Shown here: piece after piece, positions 26,809-35,290 of the stretch
How the letters are laid out: every line of letters begins with the position of its first letter
Position numbering within the stretch: position 1 is the stretch's first letter
NCBI GenBank assembly: GCA_031973215.1
Contig: DALYDK010000001.1
Span: 38,122-102,121 of the forward strand
From: Candidatus Saccharimonadota bacterium
GTDB lineage: Bacteria; Patescibacteriota; Saccharimonadia; Saccharimonadales; CAIOMD01
Reading direction: 5' to 3'
Length of the DNA stretch: 64,000 nucleotides
Notes under the pieces: generated by a model
Told to the model about the DNA's origin: nothing
Databases searched by the model: none
What the model saw: the letters and a program-made list of their open reading frames with translations, nothing else
Program-made: the position numbers and the translations under genes

Positions 26809-26832
26809 CTTTTGGGGGTTCGCCTCCAAAAG
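26809..26832 (+). other. UUCG-capped 10-bp hairpin in the rsmH-ftsL spacer
   Basis: CTTTTGGGGG-TTCG-CCTCCAAAAG. It is preceded by a second hairpin around 26748-26800 (AAAGTACA-agttca-TGTACTTT core). No U-run follows. Confidence 0.55.
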
Positions 26833-26858
26833 GGCACCAAAACAAAAACAAAAAAATT

Positions 26859-27206
26859 ATGACATACGGAAAAAATGTATCTTTATCACGCTCAAGCGCC
26901 TATCAAAGGAATCGCAATGTGGTTAGTATCAGAACAACAAAACCGTCTATTGGACCGGTTACAAATATTATTGTTTTGATTTTAGTCGCATGCCTTTTGG
27001 GGTTGGTTTACCTAACCCAAGTGACAAAAACTAATGCCCTTGGCTATAAGGTTAGTGATTTAAGCAACAAACAGATTGAGCTTAAAGAAGAATACGCTAG
27101 CTTAGAAGTAGATGCTCAGAGACTACAGAGCTTAGAAAGAGTGAAAAACAGTCAAACCGCTCAAAATATGGTTACTACCAAGCCAACCGCGTTCGTAAAT
27201 AACTAG
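26859..27206 (+). CDS. ftsL: FtsL-like cell division protein
   Basis: 115 aa. It has a single TM (IIVLILVACLLGLVYL) followed by a coiled-coil-like segment. It sits between rsmH and ftsI. Confidence 0.6.
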   Translation: MTYGKNVSLSRSSAYQRNRNVVSIRTTKPSIGPVTNIIVLILVACLLGLVYLTQVTKTNALGYKVSDLSNKQIELKEEYASLEVDAQRLQSLERVKNSQTAQNMVTTKPTAFVNN

Positions 27207-27303
27207 TCGTGCTTATTGGTCAATATATTAATTTATCAAAACTGTATTTTCGGGCATTATTAATCTGATTTATGACACCTAAAATGTTATAATAATAGGG
27301 TTA

Positions 27304-29067
27304 ATGAAGTTCGTAAAAATCAATAAACAACAAGCTCAAAACAACCCTGAAAAAACTTTAAATATCAGGAATAAAACAGCGGTTTTAAGATTTTTCTTAA
27401 TTTTGGCTGGAGTATTGGTAATAGGTAGGCTTTTTATGGTGCAAATTATTAAGCATGACTATTATTCTGCTCAGGCACTTGCTGAACATGAGAAACAGTA
27501 TCAGCTACCTGCAAAAAGGGGCATTATTTATGCTTACGATGGCGATAAAAAAGTTCCAATTGTACTTAACGAAGTCAGATATGAGCTTTACGCAGATCCA
27601 AAAAATATAGAAAACAAAACTGCTGTCGCCGATATTGTTTCAAAAGCTACCGGAGAAACGCCAGATGAGGTTTTAAAAAAAATATCCGATGATAAAAAAA
27701 GATATGTAATTTTATCTAAAAAAGCTACAGAAGAACAAAAAAATAGCCTCTTGGCGCTTAAGGACAAGGGAATTGGTTATAAAGAAATTAGCATTAGGTC
27801 TTATCCGCAGGGACAGTTTGCCTCTCAGGTGCTGGGGTTTGTAAATGATGATCAGGTTGGTCAGTACGGAATAGAGCAATCTCTGGACAAACAGCTGGCA
27901 GGCGAGAAAGGACAGTTAAAAGCAATAACAGATGTCAATGGTGTTCCGTTGGCAATAAGTAATGAAAATATTCAGAAGCAGCCCAAGTCTGGTAAGGCGG
28001 TTGTTTTAACTATTGATATTGGTATGCAGAAGCTAACCGAAGATGCACTAGCAGAGGCAATTACCAGAACGAGGGCTAACAGTGCAACGGCATTAATTTT
28101 AGACGCAAATACGGGTCAAGTTAAGGCAATGGCTAACTACCCTAGTTTTAACCCAGCTGAATACCAAAAAGTTACAGATGGTTCTTGGTTTACAAATGAA
28201 GCCGTATCTGGCGCCTGGGAGCCAGGATCTGTAATGAAGCCAATAATTATGGCATCGGCATTTAATCAAGGGGCTTTAAACCCAGGATCAACATATTATG
28301 ATTCAATGAGCGTTAAAGTAGATGACAGAACCATAAATAATTCATATCCGTGGGGCGCTCAAACTATGTCTATGCAGGATATTATTACTAAATCACTAAA
28401 CACAGGGGCGGTGCACATCTTAAAGAGCTTAGGCGGGGGTGATATTAACGCTCAAGCCAGATCTGTGTATTACGACTATCTTACAAATAAGTTTTGGTTT
28501 GGAAAAACAACAGGCATAGAACAGACCGGTGAGTCGGCCGGTATGGTTGGAGGACCAGAAGAAGGTTATGGCCTTAGGGTTCGTTATGCCAATATGTCGT
28601 TTGGTCAAGGTTTGACAGTTACGCCACTTCAACTAGCTGGTGCATATGCTGCTTTGGTTAACGGTGGAGTTTATTATCAGCCTACACTGGTTTCTGCAAT
28701 AGATGATCAGCAAAACAAGCCCATAACCAAACAGGGTGCCGTCATTAGTCAGGAATCTAGTGCTCAAATAAAAAATATCCTTAAAACCGCCCTTGAAAAC
28801 AATAATAAGAATGCTGTTAGGGCAGGTTATGAGCTTGGCGCAAAGACGGGTACTGCAGAAACTGCTGATGGCAGCGGAAACTATAAAAAAGATGCCTATA
28901 ACGGTGTTTATGTTGGATTTATATCTGGTCAAGACAAGAACTATATAATGGTAGTCAGACTGGATGAACCGAAGAGTGCCAGGTTTGCCAGCTCAGAAGC
29001 TGCCACAACTTGGACTGATATAAGTAATAAGATTCTTGATTCTTATGCAATTAGACCTAAAAACTAA
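27304..29067 (+). CDS. ftsI: Penicillin-binding protein 2/3-type transpeptidase
   Basis: 587 aa. It has an N-terminal TM, the SxxK motif (GSVMKP), SxN (SLNTG) and KTGT (GAKTGTAE). Confidence 0.9.
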   Translation: MKFVKINKQQAQNNPEKTLNIRNKTAVLRFFLILAGVLVIGRLFMVQIIKHDYYSAQALAEHEKQYQLPAKRGIIYAYDGDKKVPIVLNEVRYELYADPKNIENKTAVADIVSKATGETPDEVLKKISDDKKRYVILSKKATEEQKNSLLALKDKGIGYKEISIRSYPQGQFASQVLGFVNDDQVGQYGIEQSLDKQLAGEKGQLKAITDVNGVPLAISNENIQKQPKSGKAVVLTIDIGMQKLTEDALAEAITRTRANSATALILDANTGQVKAMANYPSFNPAEYQKVTDGSWFTNEAVSGAWEPGSVMKPIIMASAFNQGALNPGSTYYDSMSVKVDDRTINNSYPWGAQTMSMQDIITKSLNTGAVHILKSLGGGDINAQARSVYYDYLTNKFWFGKTTGIEQTGESAGMVGGPEEGYGLRVRYANMSFGQGLTVTPLQLAGAYAALVNGGVYYQPTLVSAIDDQQNKPITKQGAVISQESSAQIKNILKTALENNNKNAVRAGYELGAKTGTAETADGSGNYKKDAYNGVYVGFISGQDKNYIMVVRLDEPKSARFASSEAATTWTDISNKILDSYAIRPKN

Positions 29068-29121
29068 AGGCTTAAGCTGTTATAATTATTTAAAGAATAA
29101 GGAAAAATCAAAAAGGATTAT

Positions 29122-30165
29122 ATGACAAATATTGATCTCGTCAGCCAATCATCAGCAGTTGAAGCCATTTTTTTGCTTGGACTACTGGGATTTGCTGTAA
29201 GTATGTTAATTACACCGCTTTATACATTTATTGCTTATAAATACCAATGGTGGAAGAGGCCAAGAACTACAACTCTCACGGGAGAAAAAGCTACAGAATT
29301 TCAAAAACTCCACGCGGCTAAGCATAAACGACATATCCCGACAATGGCAGGCTTAATTATGTTGGTGAGTGTTTTGTTGGTAACAATGATTTTTAATTTG
29401 TCTAGAGAGCAAACTTGGCTGCCTCTAGCTGCTATGGCTATGGCTGGGCTCGTGGGTCTTTTAGATGATTATATTAATATCAAAGGTGATGGTAAGGGCG
29501 TTGCTGGACTTAGGAGTAAAATTAAGTTTTTGCTAATAGCTGGCGTCGCGCTTATATGTGGCTGGTGGTTTTTTGCCAAGCTAGATGTTAATTCTTTCTT
29601 TTTCCCGGGAATAGGTGATATTACGATAGGGTGGCTAATAATACCCCTGTTTATGTTGGTAGTTATTTCTACCGCCAATGCTGTAAATATATCAGACGGT
29701 CTTGATGGATTGGCAGGTGGACTACTTGCTACTTCATTCGGAGCTTATGCGGTAATTGCGCTGCTTCAGGGTCGATATGGAGTCGCCGCATTTTGCATGA
29801 CTGTTGTTGGATCTTTGCTTGCCTATGTTTGGTTTAATATTTTCCCTGCAAGGTTTTTTATGGGCGATGTTGGTAGCTTTTCCTTGGGAATGGCGCTTGG
29901 TGTAGTAGCGATGATAACAGATACTTTAGTGCTTCTGCCTATAATTGGATTTGTGTTTGTTGCAGAGGCTGGTTCGGTAGTTTTACAGACAATATCAAAG
30001 AAAACAAGAAACGGTAAAAAGATTTTTAGGATATCGCCAGTTCATCACCATTTCGAGGCAATTGGCTGGCCAGAAGCTAAGGTTACAATGCGCTTCTGGG
30101 TTATTGGACAGATTGTAGCCGTAACTGGAATTGTGATAGCAATTCTTGGAGGTTTTATTGAATGA
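29122..30165 (+). CDS. mraY: Phospho-N-acetylmuramoyl-pentapeptide transferase
   Basis: 347 aa and multi-TM. It contains NAVNISDGLDGLAGG, MGDVGSFSLG and PVHHHFE. Confidence 0.95.
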   Translation: MTNIDLVSQSSAVEAIFLLGLLGFAVSMLITPLYTFIAYKYQWWKRPRTTTLTGEKATEFQKLHAAKHKRHIPTMAGLIMLVSVLLVTMIFNLSREQTWLPLAAMAMAGLVGLLDDYINIKGDGKGVAGLRSKIKFLLIAGVALICGWWFFAKLDVNSFFFPGIGDITIGWLIIPLFMLVVISTANAVNISDGLDGLAGGLLATSFGAYAVIALLQGRYGVAAFCMTVVGSLLAYVWFNIFPARFFMGDVGSFSLGMALGVVAMITDTLVLLPIIGFVFVAEAGSVVLQTISKKTRNGKKIFRISPVHHHFEAIGWPEAKVTMRFWVIGQIVAVTGIVIAILGGFIE

Positions 30166-31400
30166 TCTTCAGCCAGAGATCTAGAGCTGGCGTTAATCGT
30201 TATGACGGGCAAAACTTAAAATTGATCCGTAAGCATAGGCCAGATTACATGATACTAATACTATCTTTGCTGATGTTAACTGCTGGTTTGATAGTAATGT
30301 ATGCAATTAGTCCGGCCTTGGCGGCTCAGGGTGGAAATGTTAGCGATAATTATTTTGTTGCCAGGCAATTTGTCGCCATATTACTTGGGGTTGGCATTTT
30401 TTTCTTGGTTTCGCGTATTCAGCTAGATAAATGGCAGCAATGGTCAAAGGTTCTCTTAGCTATTGTTTTAGTTGCTAGTTTAGTAGCTGTATTTGATGGC
30501 GGCGGAAAAGAGGGCTTGCGATGGATCCAGTTTGGTTTCTTTTCATTTCAGCCTGTAGAATTTTTAAAGTTCGTCGTTATTATTAGTTTGGCAGGATTCC
30601 TGAGTAAGCTCCAAAACGAAGGTAAAATAAATGATTTTAAGAGCCTAAAACCAGTTTTGGCAATTAGCGCTGTAGTTGCCATTGTGGTAGTTATATTGCA
30701 ACGAGACTTAGGGTCTGCTGTCGTGCTTGCTTCTATTGTTGGTGCCATGATATTTTCGGCTGGTTTTCCTATGAAAAAACTACTATTACTAGCTGCGGTA
30801 GCTTTGACTTTAATTGTACTTGCCATTAGTAGCACTCCTTACAGAAGAGATAGGTTTATGACCTTTATGAACCCAGAAAGAGATTGCCAAAACGATGGCT
30901 ATCATGCCTGTCAGGCGTTAATTGCAGTAGGCTCAGGAGGATTGATAGGTCTTGGTCTTGGTAGAAGCGTCCAGGCATATGGATATCTTCCAGAAGCAGA
31001 AAATGACTCCATATTCGCTATTTTTGCCGAAAAATTTGGTTTTTTGGGTGTTGTTCTGCTGCTTGGAATTTTAGGAGCTCTGCTTTTGAGACTGTTAAAT
31101 ATAATGCAAAGGGCGCCCAATAGCTATGCTCAACTAATTGTTGCTGGGGTATTTACATGGTTGGCCGTGCAATCATTTATAAATATTGCGGCCATGGTTG
31201 GTCTTATTCCTTTAAAAGGAATCACACTGCCTTTTATTAGCTATGGGGGAACTAGTCTGGTCTTTGCAATGGCTGCTTTAGGATTGGTATTTAATATTTC
31301 TTACTACACAAGCATAAGAGAGCCAATAAGAGCAGGCAAAGACACGCAAGATGTGTTGAGCCGCAGAAAAGCGTCCTCATTTGGAAGTAGGGTAGTCTAA
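30162..31400 (+). CDS. ftsW: FtsW/RodA/SpoVE-family peptidoglycan polymerase
   Basis: 412 aa and multi-TM. It contains FQPVEFLKF, LPEAENDSIFA and GITLPFISYGGTS. Confidence 0.9.
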   Translation: MIFSQRSRAGVNRYDGQNLKLIRKHRPDYMILILSLLMLTAGLIVMYAISPALAAQGGNVSDNYFVARQFVAILLGVGIFFLVSRIQLDKWQQWSKVLLAIVLVASLVAVFDGGGKEGLRWIQFGFFSFQPVEFLKFVVIISLAGFLSKLQNEGKINDFKSLKPVLAISAVVAIVVVILQRDLGSAVVLASIVGAMIFSAGFPMKKLLLLAAVALTLIVLAISSTPYRRDRFMTFMNPERDCQNDGYHACQALIAVGSGGLIGLGLGRSVQAYGYLPEAENDSIFAIFAEKFGFLGVVLLLGILGALLLRLLNIMQRAPNSYAQLIVAGVFTWLAVQSFINIAAMVGLIPLKGITLPFISYGGTSLVFAMAALGLVFNISYYTSIREPIRAGKDTQDVLSRRKASSFGSRVV

Positions 31401-31404
31401 ATTC

Positions 31405-32583
31405 ATGTCTACAAAACAGCAATCCAGAATAATTGTTACCGGAGGAGGTACCGCCGGTCATGTAATGCCCGTAATATCTATTGCTGAAGAAATTAACAAA
31501 CTGCAGCCCAATGTTAGCATTCGTTTTATTGGTCAGAGGACTGATATGAGAAGCATGGCTATAGTTAGTAGCTGCAAGGCCATAGAAAAATCATATGCTA
31601 TATCTGCCGGAAAACTCCGAAGATTCCATGGAAGGGGGTTGGTTTGGTATATTATGCACCCATCAATAGTATTCAAGAATTTTATAGATATCTTTAGATT
31701 AATATTAGGTATAGTACAGTCGATAGTAATTTTATTAAGATGGCGTCCAGATGTTGTGTTTGTAAAAGGGGGATTTGTTGGACTACCCGTAGGGCTTGCT
31801 GCTGCAATTTTGAAAATAAAAATTATAACGCACGATAGTGATGCAATTCCAGGACTTACTAATAGAATTCTTTCCAGATTCGCCGCTACTAGTGCGGTAG
31901 CGCTTCCTGAGAAGTATTATTCTCAGTACTACAAACGAGAAAAGGTCATTCAGACTGGAGTTCCTATAAATAGTAAATTTTTCTCTAACAACTCTGTGAA
32001 AAATTTAAAACATGAGATTAATATTGACAATAATTCAAAGGTGTTAAGCGTTATAGGTGGTAGCTTGGGCGCGGTTAGAATGAATAATGCCGTTATGAAA
32101 TTAGTCCCCTCGTTGCTTGATAGTTACTCTAATTTAAAAATTATTTGGTCTACCGGAGAGAACCAATATAAAGAGATAAGCACGTCAATTGAAAAATTGG
32201 GACTTAAGAGTCGAGTACATGTTAAGCCTTTTTTTGGAGATTTAGATGAAGTCTTCGGTGTCTCTGATTTAGTAATTTCAAGAGCGGGGGCTACGACTAT
32301 TGCAGAGCTTGCTGCCAGTAAGAAAGCTTGTATTTTTATTCCTAATCCCGTTCTAACTGGTGGTCATCAGTCGAAAAATGCTGATATTTTAACGAAAAAT
32401 AATGCAGCAGTAGTCATTACTGAAAATGATCTTGATCATGGTATAGGAAAACTTAAGAGCAGTGTTGAAGTCCTTTTGAAAGACAAAGCTAAGCGCACGC
32501 AACTTGGAGACAATCTGTCGAAATTTGCCGATTCTAAAGCTACTTCTAAATTGGCGGCAGTGATATTAGGAGAAAAGATTTGA
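31405..32583 (+). CDS. murG: UDP-N-acetylglucosamine--N-acetylmuramyl-(pentapeptide) pyrophosphoryl-undecaprenol GlcNAc transferase
   Basis: 392 aa with TGGGTAGHVMP and a C-terminal SRAGATTIAEL...GHQSKNA. Confidence 0.9.
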   Translation: MSTKQQSRIIVTGGGTAGHVMPVISIAEEINKLQPNVSIRFIGQRTDMRSMAIVSSCKAIEKSYAISAGKLRRFHGRGLVWYIMHPSIVFKNFIDIFRLILGIVQSIVILLRWRPDVVFVKGGFVGLPVGLAAAILKIKIITHDSDAIPGLTNRILSRFAATSAVALPEKYYSQYYKREKVIQTGVPINSKFFSNNSVKNLKHEINIDNNSKVLSVIGGSLGAVRMNNAVMKLVPSLLDSYSNLKIIWSTGENQYKEISTSIEKLGLKSRVHVKPFFGDLDEVFGVSDLVISRAGATTIAELAASKKACIFIPNPVLTGGHQSKNADILTKNNAAVVITENDLDHGIGKLKSSVEVLLKDKAKRTQLGDNLSKFADSKATSKLAAVILGEKI

Positions 32584-33464
32584 ATATTTTTAATAAAAGA
32601 AAAAAAGGCCAAGACGAATCTTCGGGCAATTCAAATCAGCGAAGTAAAGTATATTCATATTACGCGGCTAGATCTCAGCAGCTTAATCAAAATGTACGAA
32701 AAAGTAACGACATAGAAAAAACACCAAAGAACAGACTGGCTTTTATACTAAAGCATTGGTTTTATTTTTTTATAGGATCTTTGCTTGCTTTATCTTTTAT
32801 TTACTCTTTATATTTAAAACCAAATGCTTCTCTGACTGTAAATGGAACAAAGTACAGGACCTCGGCTGAATACCAGCAAATTACTGATCAGGTTTTATCG
32901 GAGAATCCTCTGATATTATCTAAAGCGACAATTAGAATTTCTAAACTAGAAGAAAAAATAAAAAAAGAAATTCCCGAGGCAAGCTCAGTAAAAATATCAG
33001 TTCCAATACTAGGAAACCGTCCAGATGTTGAGATAACCACCGATTCTGCCATGGCCATATTTTCAAACAGCAATGCGTCGCAATATATTCTTAGCTCGAA
33101 GGGAAGGGTCCTATTGCCTGCTGAAGAGTCAGTAGAAAGCGTTAAACAGCTTCCTAAAATTATCAATAATACAGGGGTAGAAATAGGTCAAGGCGAACAG
33201 TTCTTGAATCCATCCGAGGCTAAGGCACTCCAAATGCTAATATTTCAAACGGGTTTTGGAGTATCTTTTGAGGTCCCCGTTCAGTTACAGGAGGTATATT
33301 TAAGGGATCCTGCTAAGGGTAATTTTTATGTAAAATTCTTGCTAGATCCAGAAAATATTAATCAACAATACGGAGCCTATTTAGCAGTGTTTCAAAAATT
33401 AGCAGGGAACAACCCGGCTGAATATATAGATGCAAGGCTAGCAGACAAAGTATTTGTAAAATAA
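32580..33464 (+). CDS. ftsQ: FtsQ/DivIB-like cell division protein
   Basis: 294 aa with a TTG start overlapping the murG stop. It has a single TM and then a POTRA-sized extracytoplasmic domain. It lies directly after murG. Confidence 0.6.
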   Translation: MNIFNKRKKGQDESSGNSNQRSKVYSYYAARSQQLNQNVRKSNDIEKTPKNRLAFILKHWFYFFIGSLLALSFIYSLYLKPNASLTVNGTKYRTSAEYQQITDQVLSENPLILSKATIRISKLEEKIKKEIPEASSVKISVPILGNRPDVEITTDSAMAIFSNSNASQYILSSKGRVLLPAEESVESVKQLPKIINNTGVEIGQGEQFLNPSEAKALQMLIFQTGFGVSFEVPVQLQEVYLRDPAKGNFYVKFLLDPENINQQYGAYLAVFQKLAGNNPAEYIDARLADKVFVK

Positions 33465-33609
33465 ATTTTTTAAAATGGGGGGAGGAGCGGGGGAGTTTGT
33501 ACAGTTATTAATTATTTAATAATTATTAATGTTTAAAACATAGGCGTGCGCTTAAATGTCGTAAAAAAATATATTTTTTAACAAAACTGTGGAAAAATCA
33601 AATATTTAG

Positions 33610-33652
33610 TGTTCGCTATTTGTTCACCACTTCTAGTTCGTATTTTGTTCGC
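33610..33652 (+). repeat. Two pairs of 7-bp direct repeats with 4-bp A/T spacers (TGTTCGC-tatt-TGTTCAC; AGTTCGT-attt-TGTTCGC)
   Basis: Read directly from the sequence: 33610-33627 and 33635-33652. The periodicity within each pair is 11 bp. Confidence 0.5.
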
Positions 33653-34158
33653 AAAAAATGATAAAAAAATATTATTTTGTGGTTCTGATAGACTTGTTCC
33701 TACTTAGTTATTAAATATTTAATTAATTCTAAAATAGCGACAATACTACTCCGCTATAGTCTTGCGTTTATATTTAATATTATTAATTTATGTATAATTA
33801 CTCTTCTACTAGAACTACATATACAAATTTTCAGGGATTATAACCGTCAGAAGAGGATCATGTGCTTATTTATGTTATTTACCCCTGATAATAGGTGTAT
33901 AACTTATCATCTTTTACATACTAGTTAAAGTCGTAAAAGATATATTGTGCGACATTGACTCACTATTTCCGGGGCACACCCTATTTGCTTTTTCTATTAA
34001 TATTTAATCGCCTTTTGCGGTTCAAGCTTTTATAATTTGCAGATTTTATATGTTTATAAATATATATATTTACCTTTTTGATTCATTTTTATTTTTCATA
34101 CTAATAGTATTAATTATATTTCGGTAAACTAGTTTTGCGATATTATGATCGATTACAA

Positions 34159-34176
34159 TGTTCGCAAAATGTTCGT
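34159..34176 (+). repeat. Third pair of the same direct repeat (TGTTCGC-aaaa-TGTTCGT)
   Basis: Read directly from the sequence. It lies 22 nt beyond the 3' end of the minus-strand gene 34198..35250. Confidence 0.5.
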
Positions 34177-34197
34177 TTGTCTGTCATTTATTTAAAA

Positions 34198-35250
34198 TTA
34201 TGAAAGGGCTTTTTTAAATTTTATTATTTTGCCTTCTAGCAGTTGTTTTTGGAAAATACTTAGTGAATGATTTTCTAGTAGATCTTCTAATATGTTTATG
34301 GCTGTGTGTGATAATGTTCTATCTAAGTTTATTCCAATTTGGTTGTATTGCTCGGCTTTCCACACTGTAGGCGATATTGTGTTTGTTTGATTTATTCCTT
34401 CGGCAATAGAATCTATTACATTAATAGACATGGTCTTTAGGCCTAAGCTTCCTAATTTTCTAATTAGCAGCTCAGCTGTAATAGGGCGGTTGCGAATATC
34501 AATTTCAGGATAGTTTTTGGCTAGTATCTTTGACATGTAATACCCGGTACTTAAATTATTGTTTTCCGTAGCTACTCTCAGGTTATCAAAGCTATATAGA
34601 GCCCTTGTTCCTTGTGGAAGGTTGAACGTTCTAACAACTAGGCAAGGGTTTTTATTAGACCTTATATCTTCCCTGTCGCTACTGCCAAACTTGTTCGCAT
34701 TTTTAGAAAATCTAATCCAACTATTTTCTCTAATGAAGCTATTCATATTATGGATATAAAACAAGCTTCTCGCATGATTTAGCATATTTATACTAAATAT
34801 ATCTTGACTTAAGCATTCTTTGTGGCAAATATTTTCAGGCAAAAGCTCGCCTGTTATTTGGGGCAGTAGTGAATCTACCACATAAAATTTGTCGTTATTA
34901 CTTGCAATAACGAATGAATGAGTGTTGGCAAATGCTATTTTATGATCAATTCCCGCGGTGCCAAGAATTTGACTAGTAGCAATAGAATATCCGTAGCAAT
35001 CAACTTGTTTGGAATGATTAATTGTTTCTTTATCTAGCGCAGATGCACCAATTGTTCTTTTTTTGAATGAATATTTGTTTTTTACTGTGCGGCTTGTGAG
35101 CGCTAAGGCTTCTTCTATCCCCCGCTCATCTTTTGTTTCAATTATTTTGTAAATTTCGGCATCTGAAAAATCGGCCAAAAAATCATATACCTCTGGCTGA
35201 TAATTTTCTGGGTTATATTTTTCTACAAAAGGGTGTCTAGGCTTTGGCAT
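34198..35250 (-). CDS. Transglutaminase-like cysteine protease-fold protein
   Basis: 350 aa. VDCYGYSIATSQILGTAGIDHKIAFANTHSFVIASNNDKFYVVDS fits a Cys...His...Asp transglutaminase-core pattern. Confidence 0.55.
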   Translation of the reverse strand: MPKPRHPFVEKYNPENYQPEVYDFLADFSDAEIYKIIETKDERGIEEALALTSRTVKNKYSFKKRTIGASALDKETINHSKQVDCYGYSIATSQILGTAGIDHKIAFANTHSFVIASNNDKFYVVDSLLPQITGELLPENICHKECLSQDIFSINMLNHARSLFYIHNMNSFIRENSWIRFSKNANKFGSSDREDIRSNKNPCLVVRTFNLPQGTRALYSFDNLRVATENNNLSTGYYMSKILAKNYPEIDIRNRPITAELLIRKLGSLGLKTMSINVIDSIAEGINQTNTISPTVWKAEQYNQIGINLDRTLSHTAINILEDLLENHSLSIFQKQLLEGKIIKFKKALS

Positions 35251-35290
35251 TGTTAATATTTTTTAGCTTTTAGTGACTTAATTTCTTTCT

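Noticed and set aside
33465-34197. Chromosomal replication origin (AT-rich, one TTTTCCACA DnaA-box-like 9-mer) or a dif site.
   Set aside because: Only one good DnaA box is present, and neither dnaA nor dnaN is nearby. Flanking genes converge on the gap rather than diverge. No convincing 28-bp XerC/D dif-like sequence was found; the best candidates have several mismatches in the XerD arm. It is kept only as a repeat-bearing regulatory gap.
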